27,949 nt of DNA from Chiloscyllium plagiosum (lineage: Eukaryota): NCBI RefSeq assembly GCF_004010195.1, contig NC_057719.1, positions 52,348,263 to 52,376,211 of the forward strand, in the 5' to 3' direction. Below are positions 1-11,351 of this stretch, piece by piece. The stretch's first letter is position 1, and every line of letters starts with the position of its first letter. A program made the position numbers and the translations under genes. The notes beneath the pieces were generated by a model, which was given only the letters and a program-made list of their open reading frames with translations, searched no databases and had not been told where the DNA came from.

Positions 1-427
1 CTTGTTATTTGTTTGTATGTTTGTTTCAACAAAGTTGGTGTGTGAAGAAAGAACATTCCAAAATGTCACTTTCTGTCAAGAACTGACCATATTATGACAA
101 GTGAAAATTATTGCGCACATATTGAAGAGAAATTAAGAAGTCATTTACTGACATTACTTGCATTTATGGATGTGTTAATCGTCTTATGAAGACAGGAATG
201 ATTTTTGAGAAGTTAGACTTCATGATACCCTTCAGTGCAGTAGCTGGATAGCATGTCAGAACAGACTAGTTACTTGCTACACTAATTTAGAAATATATGT
301 TACAGGTTTTGTCTTTCACTGTCTCATAATAAAAAGAGCCATTATCAGTAATCAGTAATCATTTAACAACATGTAAATCTTAGTTTGAAGAACATTGTTA
401 CTGTTCTGCCATTCAACAAGATCATTT

Positions 428-576
428 CGGGAAGGAAGCTGCCATCCTTACCTTCTCTGGCCTATATGTGATATAAGAGACCCACAGCAATGTGATTAAC
501 TATCAAATGCCCTCTGGTCAATTAGGAATGGTTTAGCCAGCAACACCCTCGTTTGTGAAGGAATTAACAAAAAATA
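428..576 (+). mobile_element. 3' part of tRNA-headed SINE
   Basis: gggaaggaagctgccatccttacc...agacccacagcaatgtg matches 23541-23600 and 26427-26520. A-rich tail. Confidence 0.75.
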
Positions 577-664
577 AGAACACCGACAGTCTATTGCATG
601 TCAACACAATCTAATTTCTCACCACTTAAGAAATATTTCTGTGTTCTTGTCCATTCACACACAA

Positions 665-860
665 ACATGCAAACGGTAGTAGGCCTCTTGGCCTCGCAAC
701 TTTGCTCCACCATGAGATGATGGGCGATCTGGTTTTGAGCTCAATTCTATATTACTGTATATTCCCAATAATCTTTCAACTTCTTATTAATGAAGAATAT
801 ATAAACATTCAAACAAGGGTAACCATAGCCTGTTCAACTTGCCGTGAAACCTATTTGCAT
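665..860 (-). mobile_element. Old CR1-type LINE 3' fragment
   Basis: gtaggcctcttggcctc...gctccaccat...gatctg resembles the minus-strand CR1 end at 27863-27949. Confidence 0.5.
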
Positions 861-911
861 TCTCACAACTTACAGTCCGACCTAATTTTGTATCTTCAAA
901 CTAAGAAATAA

Positions 912-1380
912 TACATTTACAAGGATGTTGCCAGGGCTCAAGATTCTGAGTTATTCGGAGAGGTTGGACAAACTAGGATTTTCGAACAAAGGAGACTGAG
1001 GGGGGATCTTATAGGAGTGTATAAGATCATGAGAGGCATAGATTGGGTTAATGCACTCAGTCTTTTTCTCAGGGCTGGGGAATCGAGGACTAGAGGGCAT
1101 CAGTTTAAGGTTTGAGGAAAATGTATAAAAGGGAACCTGAGGGGCAACGTTTTCACACAAACGGGAGTTTGCTTGTGCAATGAGCTGCCAGTGGAAGTAG
1201 TTAATGCGGTTACATTAACAACACTTTAAAAGGCATTTGGGCAAATACATGGATAGGAAAGGTTTAGAAGGATATGGGCCGAGTGCAAGGAAGGGGGTTA
1301 GCATGGATGGAGAGTTTGGTCAGCATGGACCATTTTGGAGCAAAGAACCTGTTCCCATGCTGTAGGACTTTATAACTGTA
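912..1380 (+). mobile_element. CR1 LINE 3' fragment
   Basis: Degenerate FTRMLPGL..SYSERLDKLG..RLRGDLIGVYKIMRGID C-terminus plus 3' UTR. Similar to 14600-15048 and 25370-25745. Confidence 0.85.
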
Positions 1381-1451
1381 GTCTCCACGTCAAAATCATC
1401 GATATAGATTGTAATAACTGGAGATCAAAACTGATCTTTACGACACCCCAG

Positions 1452-1745
1452 ATGTCACAGCCTGTCATCCTGGGAACGACACATTTATTCCTACTCCTTT
1501 TATTGTCTCTGTTAATGATTTTGCACAATACACCTACACTATTTCCTGGCTGTGTAAGCAGTGCACTGCTCATTTATCCAATAATGCCTTTGGACCATAA
1601 CGTGGTGATATGCCGCAGATGTGTATTCACTAAACACAGATGTGTATGTACTAATGTTGTGTGAAAAGAATTTGAAATAAGTTACAGTAGAGAACAAAGA
1701 TTTATATTCAAAAATGTGGAGGATTTCTATTTGTTTCATGTATAG
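1452..1745 (+). pseudogene. PKD-repeat exon remnant
   Basis: DTFIPT..VSVND....ISW (from 1478) resembles YFPT...AVVRDGTNVSYSW. EFEI/VTVENK (1681-1698) fits the PKD repeat 'f.V.v.a.N' motif. Stops and frameshifts lie between. Confidence 0.45.
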
Positions 1746-2082
1746 TGATGCACATGTGGCTCCGTTGATAATTTTATTCTAATCTCCTTAGCGTATGAAC
1801 ACCTTTTACAAATACTGTCATAGATTGAACATTCATTAACCTAGCTTTATCTGGTTCACTGCAAAGCATCACTATTCAGATTCCCCTTTAGCATTCTTGC
1901 TTAAACTTGTTCTCTTCTCTGTATCCTCCAGCTTTTCCATGCCAGGTGCGAAACACCATCCCACCAGATGGCCTATTTCTTTTCTCATTCTTTTACTTTG
2001 AACATCATTTCCAAATGTTCATGTTACTCAGATAAACAGCATGTTATGCCTCCAGCCAATCCAATTTATCTCTTTATTGCTA

Positions 2083-2344
2083 GTTTTAATGTTGACATTT
2101 GCTCAGCTATTTTGAAATCAAAATCCTGAGATTGTTCTGATTGCCTATGACACAGGTTGGCAGTAAATACAAGTTTACGTGATACTAATGTGTTAGAAAA
2201 TTCTTTCTTAATTGTGACTCCACGACACTTTGGTTGCTGTGGTTTGAGTATCATAACAAACAATCCGGGTCTTCTTCGATATATAATTTCAGTTACATCA
2301 CACTGTAAACTTTTGCTATAAATCCTGTGTCTTACAATGTTATC
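2083..2344 (+). pseudogene. PKD-repeat exon remnant
   Basis: LAVNTSL (2157-2177), NPGLL (2262-2276), then frameshifted AINPVS (2315-2332), versus PC1 AAVNTSV...PTPGLH...AGNPLG. Acceptor-like tctctttattgctag ends at 2082. Confidence 0.6.
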
Positions 2345-2439
2345 CTCCACAATCACCTGATGAAGGAGTAGCGCTCTGAAAGCTAGTGCTTCTAAATAAA
2401 CCTGTTGCACTATAACCTGGTGTTGTGTGATTTTTAACT
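2345..2439 (+). mobile_element. Penelope-like element 3' terminal fragment carrying a hammerhead motif
   Basis: ctccacaatcacctgatgaaggag...gaaagctagtgcttc..aataaacctgttg..ctataacctggtgttgtgtgatttttaact. Recognised as a shark PLE terminus from memory. Confidence 0.7.
2354..2388 (+). ncRNA. Minimal type-I hammerhead ribozyme motif
   Basis: CAC-CUGAUGA-A-GGAG-uagcg-CUCU-GAAA-GC-UA-GUG: both core boxes, stem I CAC/GUG, stem II, palindromic AGCU stem III, CUA triplet. Confidence 0.65.
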
Positions 2440-2444
2440 ATCAT

Positions 2445-2745
2445 GAACTACTAAGTGAGAAAGAGCACAAACATTTTAACATGCCCGTAAGCTATAGGTA
2501 CTACTGCGAATATTGGATATTAACCACTATCAATATAACAGGCAGGTTGAGAGAACAGTTAACCTTATACAATCAGGTTATCTTCAGCATTATAGCTACT
2601 TGTTCGTGCAAAGACTGCTTTGTAGAATCATGAAGGACGCTGAGGTCTCAAAATGTGGCTCAGTTTCATTGCTGCTACCACCACTATGGAGCTTAGAACC
2701 TGTAAGGTAATGGCCAAACCACTTCCAGTATGGCCCCACATTATG
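2445..2745 (+). pseudogene. PKD-repeat exon remnant between two Penelope insertions
   Basis: TTINITGRL (2523-2549) resembles SSVPFWGQL. Weak later match SQNV..Y...GA*NL/KVMA. Position fits the next repeat in order. Confidence 0.35.
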
Positions 2746-4458
2746 GAGAAAGTGAGGACTGCAGATGCTGGAGATCAGAATCGAGCGTGTGTTGCTGAGA
2801 AAGCATCGCAAGTCAGGCAGCATTCGAGGAGCAGGCAAAAGCCCTTCATCAGGAATGAGGCTTGTGGGCTGGGGGCTGAGAGATAAATGGGAGGGCGTTG
2901 GACTTGGGGGGAAGGTAGTTGAGAAAGCGATAGGTGGACGAAGGTAATGGAGAAGGTGATAGGTCAGAGCAGGGAGTGATGGACAGGTCAGGTGAGTGGT
3001 GCCGTGTTGGAGGCTTGGCACTAGGATAATGTGGAGAACTGAGGAAACTGTTGAAATCCGCATTTATCCTATGTGGTTAAAGGATCCCAAGATGGAATAT
3101 GAGGTGTTCTTCCTCCAGGCACCAGGACCTGCATGTCTTTGACGGAATGGGATGAGGAGTTGAAGTGTTCAGCGACGGGGCAGTGGTGTTGGTGGGTGCG
3201 GGTGTCCCAGAGATGTTCTCTGAAATGATCCGCATATCCTGTATCTCTGACGTAAGGAGACCACATCGAGTGCAACGGATGCAATAGATGACATTGTGAA
3301 CTTCTGACGAATGTGGAGGGATCCCTTGGAGCCTTGGATGGAGGTGGAAGGGGAGTGGTGTGGGCACTTCCTTCAGTGCCAGGAGTGTCGTGTAGCTGGT
3401 GGGGGGCATGGACCTGACAAGAGAGTGGCGGAGGGAATGGTCACTCTGGAATGCAGATAGGATTGGGGGGTCCGTTTGGTGATGGCAGAAGTGGCGGAGG
3501 GTGATGTGATGTATGTGGAGGTTGGTGGGTGGAAGCTGAGGACTGGGAGGCTCTGTCCTTGTTACATTGAGAGGGGTGAGGTTCAAGAGCGGTGGTGAGT
3601 GAAGTGGAGAAGATGCGCTGCAGGGCATCATTAAGTACATGGGAAGGGAAGCTGCGATCTTGGACGAAGGAGGCCACCTGGGACTTTCTGAGATTGAATT
3701 GGATGCGGTGGAGGCAGAGGAATTGGGAATAAGGGATGGCATTTTTACAGGAGGTAGGGTGGGAGGAGGTGTAGTCTAGGTAGCTGTGGGAGTCAGTGGG
3801 CTAGTAGTAGATGTCTGTGGTTAGTTGGTCACTCGTGATGGTAATGGAAAGGTCCAGGAAGGGGAGGGAGGTGTCCGAGATGGTCTAGGTGAATTTGAGG
3901 TTGGGATGGAAGGTGTTGATAAAGTTGATGAACTGCTCAACCTCCTCGTGGGAGCACAAGGTGGTGCTGATACAGTCATCGATGTAGCAGAGGAACAGGT
4001 GGGGGGTGGTGCCAGTGTAACTATGGAAGATATTCCATGTACCCAATAAACAGGCAGGTATAGCTGGGTCCCATGCAGGTGCCCATGACTACCCCTTTGG
4101 TTTGGAGGAAATGGGTGGATTGGAAGGAGAAGTTGTTGAGGGTGAGGACCAGTTCAGTCAGGCAGATGAGAGTGTCAATAGAAGTAGGCTGCATGAGAGG
4201 AAGAAACCGAGGGCTTGGAGACCTTCGTCATGGCGGATTGATGTGTACAGAGACTGGATGTCCATGGTGAAGATGAGGCATTGGGGGCTGGGGAAACGAA
4301 AATCTTGGAGGAGGTGAAGGGTGTGGGTGGTGTCACGAATGTAGGTGGAGAATTCCTGGACTAAGGGGGACAGGACGGTGTCGTGGTAGGAAGAGATGAG
4401 TTCGGTGGGACAGGCACAGGCTGAGACAATGGGCCAACCGGGGCAGTCAGGTTTGTGA
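2746..4458 (-). mobile_element. Penelope-like retroelement, 5'-truncated and degenerate (RT + GIY-YIG)
   Basis: IHKPDCPGWPIVS...FTMDIQSLYTSI (ORF 4158-4529), NVIYCIRCTRCGLL (ORF 3077-3742), FREHL...PVAEHFNS. Confidence 0.92.
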
Positions 4459-5220
4459 ATCTCCGCATTCCAGAGAGACCATTCCCTCCGTGACTCCCTT
4501 GTCAGCTCCAGGCCACCCCACCAGCCCACACCCCACTCCTTGCACCTTTCCCTGCCACCACAGGAAGTGCAAAACCTGTGCCTACACCAACTCCCCTCAC
4601 CTTCGCCAGGGCTCCAAGGGATCTTTTGACATCTGTCAGGAACTTACCTCTGCCTCTACCAATGTCATCTACTGCATTCTGCATTCTAGCACCCGCTGTG
4701 GTCTCCTCTACATCAGGGAGACAGGACGCCTTCTTGCGAATTTTTTCAGAGAACATCTCTGGGACACCTGCACCCACTAACCCCACCGCCCTGTGGCTGA
4801 ACACTTCAACTTCTCCTCCCACTCCATCAAGGACGTGCAGGTCCTGGGCCTCCTCCACCACCAAACCATTCCCATCTGACGTCTGGAGGAAGAATGCCTC
4901 ATGTTCCGCCTTGGGATCCTGCAACTACACGGGATAAATGTGGATTACAACAGTTTCCTCATTTCTCCGCCCCTCATATTATCCCAGTTCCAAGCCTTCA
5001 ACTCGGCACTGCCTACCAGACCTGAACATCACTCCCCGCTCCGACCTATCACCTTCTCCCTGACCTTCGTCCATCTATCGCTTTTTCAGCTACCTTCCCC
5101 CAACCCCTCCCCCTCCCCTCCCCCTCCCCTGATGAAGGGCTTATGCCCAAAACATCGATTCTCCTGCTCCTTGGATGCCGCCTGACCTGCTGTGCTTTCC
5201 CAGCAACACACTCTTGACTC
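4459..5220 (+). mobile_element. Penelope-like element 3' part (GIY-YIG + terminus), inverted partner of 2746-4458
   Basis: CHHRKCKTC...NVIYCI...CGLLYIRETGR...FREHL (ORF 4490-4780). Reverse-complement similarity to about 2770-3460. Confidence 0.92.
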
Positions 5221-5787
5221 TGGCCACACGCTATGCCATGATTAAAAGGCATTAGCACCAAATGCGATGTTTGCAGCAGACATAAGCAAGAAAAGTAGAT
5301 TGTAATGTCAAATTGTATCTGACATCATTTTGGACTTGGCGTGTCCTGTTAGTCCCCCTTTCTACACTGCCAGTTAACCAGGTGTCCTTTACATGTATAA
5401 GTTGAACCATTCAATAGGAGACCTCCAGGTGAGTTGAATTATAGAACAGTAACAGCAAAGAAGAAGATTTGGCCTGACTCTTCTGGCCTTCTGTCTGTCA
5501 GTGTAGTAATAGTTTTGGAGGAGTTTGTGTGCACTACACTGTTAAAGAGAGACTGATAGAGTCTATAGTGGCCACTTGTTTTCCTTTCCTTCCCAAGGTA
5601 TGTCTTGATGGCCTCCTGCCCTGCTCTGGAAATATTCTCTCTCCCCTCTCTCACACTCCTGGACTATGGGCTTCAGTATTAAGAAGCAGGATGCTCTTTC
5701 TTTCTCTGGCCTATTGTTCCATTTGAAATTTCCTTCACATCCTCAAAGACTTTCTGATAGTTACATTAAATGCTGTGACACGATTTT

Positions 5788-6200
5788 GTTTTATTCATTA
5801 AGGGGTGTGGGCTTTGCTAGCTAGTGGTGTTGAGCTGCCTTCTTAAACCATTGCAGTCTATTTGGAGCAGGTGCACCCATGTTGCTGTTAAGGAAGGAGT
5901 TTCAGGAATTTTTTAGAGTAACACTGAAGGATATATTTCCAATGGCAATATTTTTCCAAGTTAGGATGGTGAGTGACTTGAAAGGGAACTTGTAGGTTTT
6001 AGTGTTCCTATGTATTATCTGCCTTTGTCCTTCTCATTGGCAGTGGTCATGGAAACCTTGCTGCATTTTGGTAGTGCATGTTGTAAATAGTACACACTGC
6101 TCCTATTATGTATTGTTGGTGGAGGAACTGATTGTTTGTGGATATGGCGCAATCAAGTAAGCTGTTTTGTTGAGGATGGTGTTAACTTCTTGACGCAGTG
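5788..6200 (-). mobile_element. CR1-group LINE 3' fragment
   Basis: Reverse complement resembles 27341-27625 (gaaggcagctca.cacc, ggaacac...caagttccc). Confidence 0.7.
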
Positions 6201-6857
6201 TCCAGGCATCCTACACATTCCCAGTAAAGAGCAGGTTGTCTTTAGGATGTGATGGCTACCTGTACATCAATATTGCTTTGCTCTCGGCTCTCTACTGAGT
6301 AGTCTGTGGCCAGTATATTTCGTGCTAGGCTGTGCAACACTGTCATTGAGATGTATGGACAACACAAAGCTCCAGGATAAAACGCAAATAATGCAAGACT
6401 AGTCCTGACAACTGTTGCTCAAATACTGAGTATATTCAGACTTCCTTGTGGTTTAAATAAAGTTATAATTGTTACCAATTTGGAGTCCGCTCCAAAGTAT
6501 TGAACAGTGTCGAAATCTAAACCAGAAAATCTTTGTACAAAATCTCAATCCACAGATAAACAGCAAAATGGACTTTGAATGCTATTTGTAAGAATAAGAT
6601 CATTGTGAAAGAAGTAAACATCCAGAAAAATCAAACATGCTTTTAAATCGTTTTTAAAATTTATAGCCAAACATATTTCTTTGATAGATATTTATGCCAT
6701 TTTCACTGAGGGTAAATTGCTGTAGATAATGCAATGTTGACTGTTTTTCCTGTCAGATCTGCTGAGTCATTTGGCTTTTAATTTATTTTTGTTGCATCTG
6801 TGCTATAATTCCCTTGCCCCCCACATTTTCTTAAGAGAGGAAAAGTAAACTGTGTGC

Positions 6858-7085
6858 AGAGTGGAGGGAATTGAAAATGTCTTCTCAGCCTAATGACCAA
6901 ATCTCAACAAAAAAATTAAATGATGTTTCAGTTCCATCCATTAACTCGAGTTGATAAATAGTACTGTATTCTATTGAATGACCAAGCTGAATGGACTCAC
7001 ATATACTGATGGTGGTCAAGTTTGAGTAACTGTAATGTAATGTTTTGTGATGAAAATCCCTGAGTGACGAGAACATTGGATGTAA
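6858..7085 (+). pseudogene. PKD-repeat exon remnant
   Basis: RVEGI (6858-6872), KL/MMFQF (6920-6934) resembling QLVHFQI, WTH/YTDGGQV*VTV (7002-7034) matching the PKD 'H.Y...G...V.V' signature, then ENP/LS. Possible donor GTAATT at 7082. Confidence 0.55.
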
Positions 7086-7324
7086 TTATATATATAAAAC
7101 ATAGACTGAATTAATAACTGAAAAGTGAACACCTATTATTTTTCATTCCAGTGTATAATTAATCCATTTCTTATATTTGGCTTAACTTGACACAAAGATG
7201 TTTCAATAATGTATCAGAAAAAAAAGTGAAGCCTACTAGTAAAGGTCAGATGTGTGAGCTGTACAAGCCTTTTTCAAAATTAAGACTTTTGAATGATTCA
7301 GTGTAATTTTTCTTCTGTATGCAG

Positions 7325-7560
7325 TTGGAAGAAGTACAATCTATTTTGTGATGGGTTATTAAGTTCTATAGTTTCTTGATTAAAGAATGTTCTTTCAACT
7401 GTGTAAAACTTGTGCAAGTACATTCTTGCATATATATTATTTGCAATATATATGATGCATTTATCAATAGTGTCCTTTTTCTGCATGCTTACATCATATT
7501 AGCATTTAAAAAGCGTAACAATTTCCTTCATTGCAATTTTGATTATTGTGATGGAATTTA
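7325..7560 (+). pseudogene. Possible PKD-repeat exon remnant
   Basis: Good acceptor ttttcttctgtatgcag| followed by LEEVQ (~LEAVS) and LFCDG (~NCCEPG). The rest is weak. Confidence 0.3.
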
Positions 7561-8329
7561 TAAGGGAAGACTGTTAATCTAATGTTTAAACTTAAATTTT
7601 GCATTATTCGATACTCAAAATATTGCGTTGCATAATTTTGCATTTTAATACAATATTTCAAAGTAGCTCAGTTCAGATGAACTGTTTCTTATGGATTTAT
7701 TTAAGAAAAGTTTTAGAATTAAGGAAACAAATGCTTTTAAAACACACTTACAAGACCTCAAATTACTCATCTGGCTAAACCCTCATCTCACCAGATTTAT
7801 TTTCATTTATACCTCAAACTAATTTGCAATGTATACTCATTCAACTTAGCTTTTCAATTACAGTTCTTGTTTTGGCATTATGAATAAGTGAAACATATTT
7901 TCGTAAGAGAAACACTGCAAAAAATTAAATGATTTCCATTCCCTCTTGATGTTTTTTTAATTACATGAATTTCTTAAATCAAAAGGGCTTTCTTTTTGTG
8001 ACAGTGATTCGCACTTAGGAGTTTGAAACAAAACACATATTCAAAAGCTATAGGGGCAGATTTAAAGCTGGTGGGATTGTCCTCATTTGTGTGAAGTACA
8101 CAGTGCAGATAGCAAAAAAATGAAGCAAGGATCCATTTTGTATAATTGTGATATGTTCTGCATGCAATCTTGTAGATAGCCTCTTACTACTGATTAGAAC
8201 AACAATGATAGGCAGATGTTAACTTAAATTACGACTAAGTTGCCAACCATGTAGTTTTACAGTTCCTCAATCAGGTAAAATGGACAACAAGGTTGGGAAC
8301 ATTTTGCTTCAGTTTTGGGATTGTGATAA

Positions 8330-8555
8330 AGTTTGTGGTAAGGAAGTAGTCTTTGTGATGGGGAAAAGTCAATGGTTCTGTTTTGCATTATGCAATCGTG
8401 GGCTACTGTGGCTCATCCAGGACTGGATGTTGGACAAGCAGACTAAGAACAAAGAGGCATTGGAGAAGTCATGCAGGGTTGAAATAAAACTGATTGTCAG
8501 TATTGTATACATGGTACCTGATGTCTTCGGAAGTTATTTGCCAAGGAATGTTATG
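8330..8555 (-). mobile_element. L2 LINE RT fragment (YADD region and downstream)
   Basis: Reverse strand gives degenerate HMY..DNQ.Y...CLSNIQSWMS..., typical of L2 'HMYADDTQLY...CLSDIQSWMS'. Confidence 0.6.
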
Positions 8556-8724
8556 CAGTTGAAGATAGCTTCTTTGGTGAGTGGAATAAGAGTGGAATTA
8601 AACAAGGGTAGTGTGCATTGGAGGATGATTGGAAAGCTAACTCTATTAATTTTGGCTGTTTAAGATAGAGTGATGGAAGGCTTAATTGGTGACACAATGA
8701 AGTAAAGATCATCACATGCCATAC

Positions 8725-9295
8725 AGCACTCTGACATGTTAATTTGGTTTCAACAGTAAGTAAAATATGATTGTCTTCATGAAAACTTGCAACTTCTTTC
8801 CTTGCCATAATTAATTCATTTCCCTTCTCTAAAAAGCACCCCTTGAGTCCAACATCCGTTGAAGCTACCGACAAAATCTCTAACCTTGATTCCTCTCTTT
8901 AATAACCTTGAATGCATTTCTGCCTCCCCTACTTGTGTCCACCTTTTTGGAATTCTATGTTTTAATCCCTTCAATAAAGTTTCTGATACTGTCTCAGAAC
9001 TTAACCAACACTTACCAAAGTCACAAATGACACCCTCTGTGACTGTGACAAAGATAAACCTATAAGCCTCATTCTTCTTAACTTGTCTGCAGTTTTTGAC
9101 AAAATTGGTTGTACTGTCCTTTTCAAAATATTCTCCAATGTCATCCAACTTCAAGGTATTCCCATCACCTGGTTGCATTCTTAAGTATTTCATCATACTT
9201 GGAATATCACTTGTAATGGTTTCTCTTCTCATTCTCACATTCTTGGCCCTGTTGTTTTCCAAAGATTTATCCTTGATCCCATCCTATTTATCTTT
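8725..9295 (+). mobile_element. L2 LINE RT fragment (N-terminal RT motifs)
   Basis: LTKVTNDTLCDCDKDKPISLILLNLSAVFDKI matches L2 'LTKVTNDIL..D....LLILLDLSAAFDTV'. Degenerate YRPISNL and QGSILGPLLF motifs. Confidence 0.75.
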
Positions 9296-10048
9296 GTGAT
9301 TGAACAGTCAAGTACAAGTGCAGGGACTCTGTGTCAATTAATATGATGGTTGTATACCAGACTGGACTGTAATAAGCATTTTGTTGGACTATTCAATACC
9401 ATGTCACCCAGGCCTAAATTCTTATGTTACCAAACGTTTACATAGATGTTGCCACGTCATTAAAGATATGTTGGAGGCAAAATATACATCATCAGACATA
9501 TTGAAGCACACTGACTCCTGAAATGTTAACATTTTGTCACCTTGAATTTGTCTTTTAACTATTTTTGCAAAGTCACTTCAGGTGGACTGGAATTTCTACC
9601 AAGGGTCTAACACAGTTATTTCACAGATGATTTTTGAATTATACATGAAAAAATAGGGTGCAAGTCAAATTCAGTGGTTTGACCCATTCCAAATCTCATC
9701 AAATCAAATTACAAAGCTTGGACTTGAAGCGGAGGCATTTTAGATTTGTGGCCTGACTCATTATGCTTCTGTAGAATTTCTGCTCATTTGAAATTTGCAT
9801 TACTTATTCATTAGAATTAAATATTACCACTGGTATTTTGGAAGTGTTTGAAATACAGTTATTATTTTCCATTGTTTTGTTTTACAAGCAAATATCACTA
9901 TTTAAGGAGTGAAAAATTCAGTAAATGTGAGTGCACAGGTACCATCCTTACCTGGTCAAAGTGCCTCCCAATGCTGCAGTTCAAATCTAAGCTGCGCTTT
10001 TGGGTGGGGTTAGGGGGCGCGGGGGGGTCTTGTTACAAAACGGTGAGA

Positions 10049-10221
10049 CAGAGGAACCTGATTATCCGAAGGACACAGGCGGGGAGTATTTTGTTTGGTT
10101 AATTGAATTCTAGACAATCGAATGCTGGATAACATAGTTTAGCCAAGCATCAGGACCTTGCAATCTTGCTGGATAATCCGATATTCAGATAACTGAATGC
10201 TGGATAAGCGAGGTTCCTCTG
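10049..10221. mobile_element. Tc1/mariner (Tigger/pogo-like) MITE
   Basis: TIRs cagaggaacct-gattatcc / ggataagcgaggttcctctg. TA on the right and GA on the left. Internal ggataa repeats. Confidence 0.7.
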
Positions 10222-10305
10222 TATCCCTACCTGAAGGCCCAGGTTTAAGTCCCATCTGCTCCAGCAGTGTGTCATAACATCTCTCAACAGATTGATTCAA
10301 AAATT
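10222..10305 (+). mobile_element. Short SINE fragment
   Basis: ggcccaggtttaagtccca.ctgctcca...taacatctct matches 15983-16040. Confidence 0.65.
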
Positions 10306-10358
10306 TATGGAAGTTAGAACTGACCTATCACTAATGCAACTTGATTTCATTGCCACAG

Positions 10359-10948
10359 ATGTGGGTGAGTTGAATCTCATATTTAAAAATCCAAAATGTT
10401 CAATGAATTTGAATAGTGTCAGTTCAGAACTAAACTCCAGTCACAATGTTATAATTCACACAAGTGCAAATAAGAAAAAAATAACAATTGAATCAAAACC
10501 TATCTTTATTTCAATGCAAACAAAAATTGATTGAACCAAAACACAGAATGACTTATATAGCTTATGGCACCAAGGTGAACAGTAAAGAAGAATTTTATCA
10601 AAATCTAGTAAAAAATTGCTGTCAGTGCAATTCACAGACTCTCCCCAGTGTTCAGGACTCCATGACAAATAATGCAAGGAAATGGCATTATTTATTCTTA
10701 TCAAAAGATTGTTACAACACCTTTGAGACAAAATTTTGAACAGGCTGTGCACGAAGGAAAGTTGTACAATGATCTTTTATGGGCAGTATACATGGAACAG
10801 ACAGGAGTGGATGTGTAAAATTTCAGCAAATGTTGTTGTGTTGTGACTTCTGTAACAACGCCTCCTCCCAGAATATCAGCTCTCACCAGTGCTCTGGTGG
10901 CAGTCTTCTGTACAAACCTGTTATCAAAACATTACTGAACTGATTAAG
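10359..10948 (+). pseudogene. Exon remnant: last PKD repeat and start of REJ module
   Basis: Branch-like ctaat (10331), acceptor ttcattgccacag|, possible donor AAG|GTAACC. Colinear peptides in shifting frames: DVGELNL..PKC..N, EPKHRMTYIAYG (10533-10568), NLV, QC, YNTFET (10713-10730), GCA, LWAVY (10777-10791), GVDV, LLPEYQL, QNIT. PC1 counterparts: DAVQYVAL..PC.TN, EPRAEHSYLRPG, NLV, AC, RNYLEA, DCV, YRWEVY, GVDV, LVLPRLAL, ANVT. Confidence 0.7.
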
Positions 10949-11351
10949 GTAACCATTAGCAAAGATTACCTGCCAGTCCTCAGAAAAATCTTGATAGCTG
11001 CTCAGACATCGGTTGTAATTTAATCTGTTAATCTAACTATCACTTTATTTTGTTGAATCACAGAAATATTACAATAACTTTTTATTTGCTAGGATTCATA
11101 TTGAGACTTCAGTGTCATTAAGCATCAGATATGCAACCTTTTTGTGGTGTCTTCCACATTGTCTCTCAAATGTATACTGCTTGAGTCCATGTTTTTTTTA
11201 ATGTAGTGACTATTTATTTATCACTCGACCTTTACAAGTATTCTGTCTACATGAGGTTAGAGCATCTGCTTGCTCCCTTACAGACCTCTCTACCTACTCA
11301 TATGACTTTCACATCATTACTCTATTGTCATCATGCATGTTTCTAATATAA

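Noticed and set aside
1335..1664. 109-aa ORF with a signal-peptide-like Leu run
   Set aside because: It starts inside a CR1 3' UTR, and a different frame gives the PKD-repeat-like peptide.
3077..4937. Several 100-220-aa ORFs
   Set aside because: Frameshifted pieces or alternative frames of the Penelope element, with no intact RT-endonuclease ORF.
8816..9262. 148-aa minus-strand ORF
   Set aside because: Antisense shadow of the plus-strand L2 RT fragment.
10620..10790. Cadherin-repeat-like reading (SPVF...GNGIIY...NFE)
   Set aside because: It lacks the DxNDN and LDRE calcium motifs. The PKD/REJ interpretation explains the whole segment and its neighbours.
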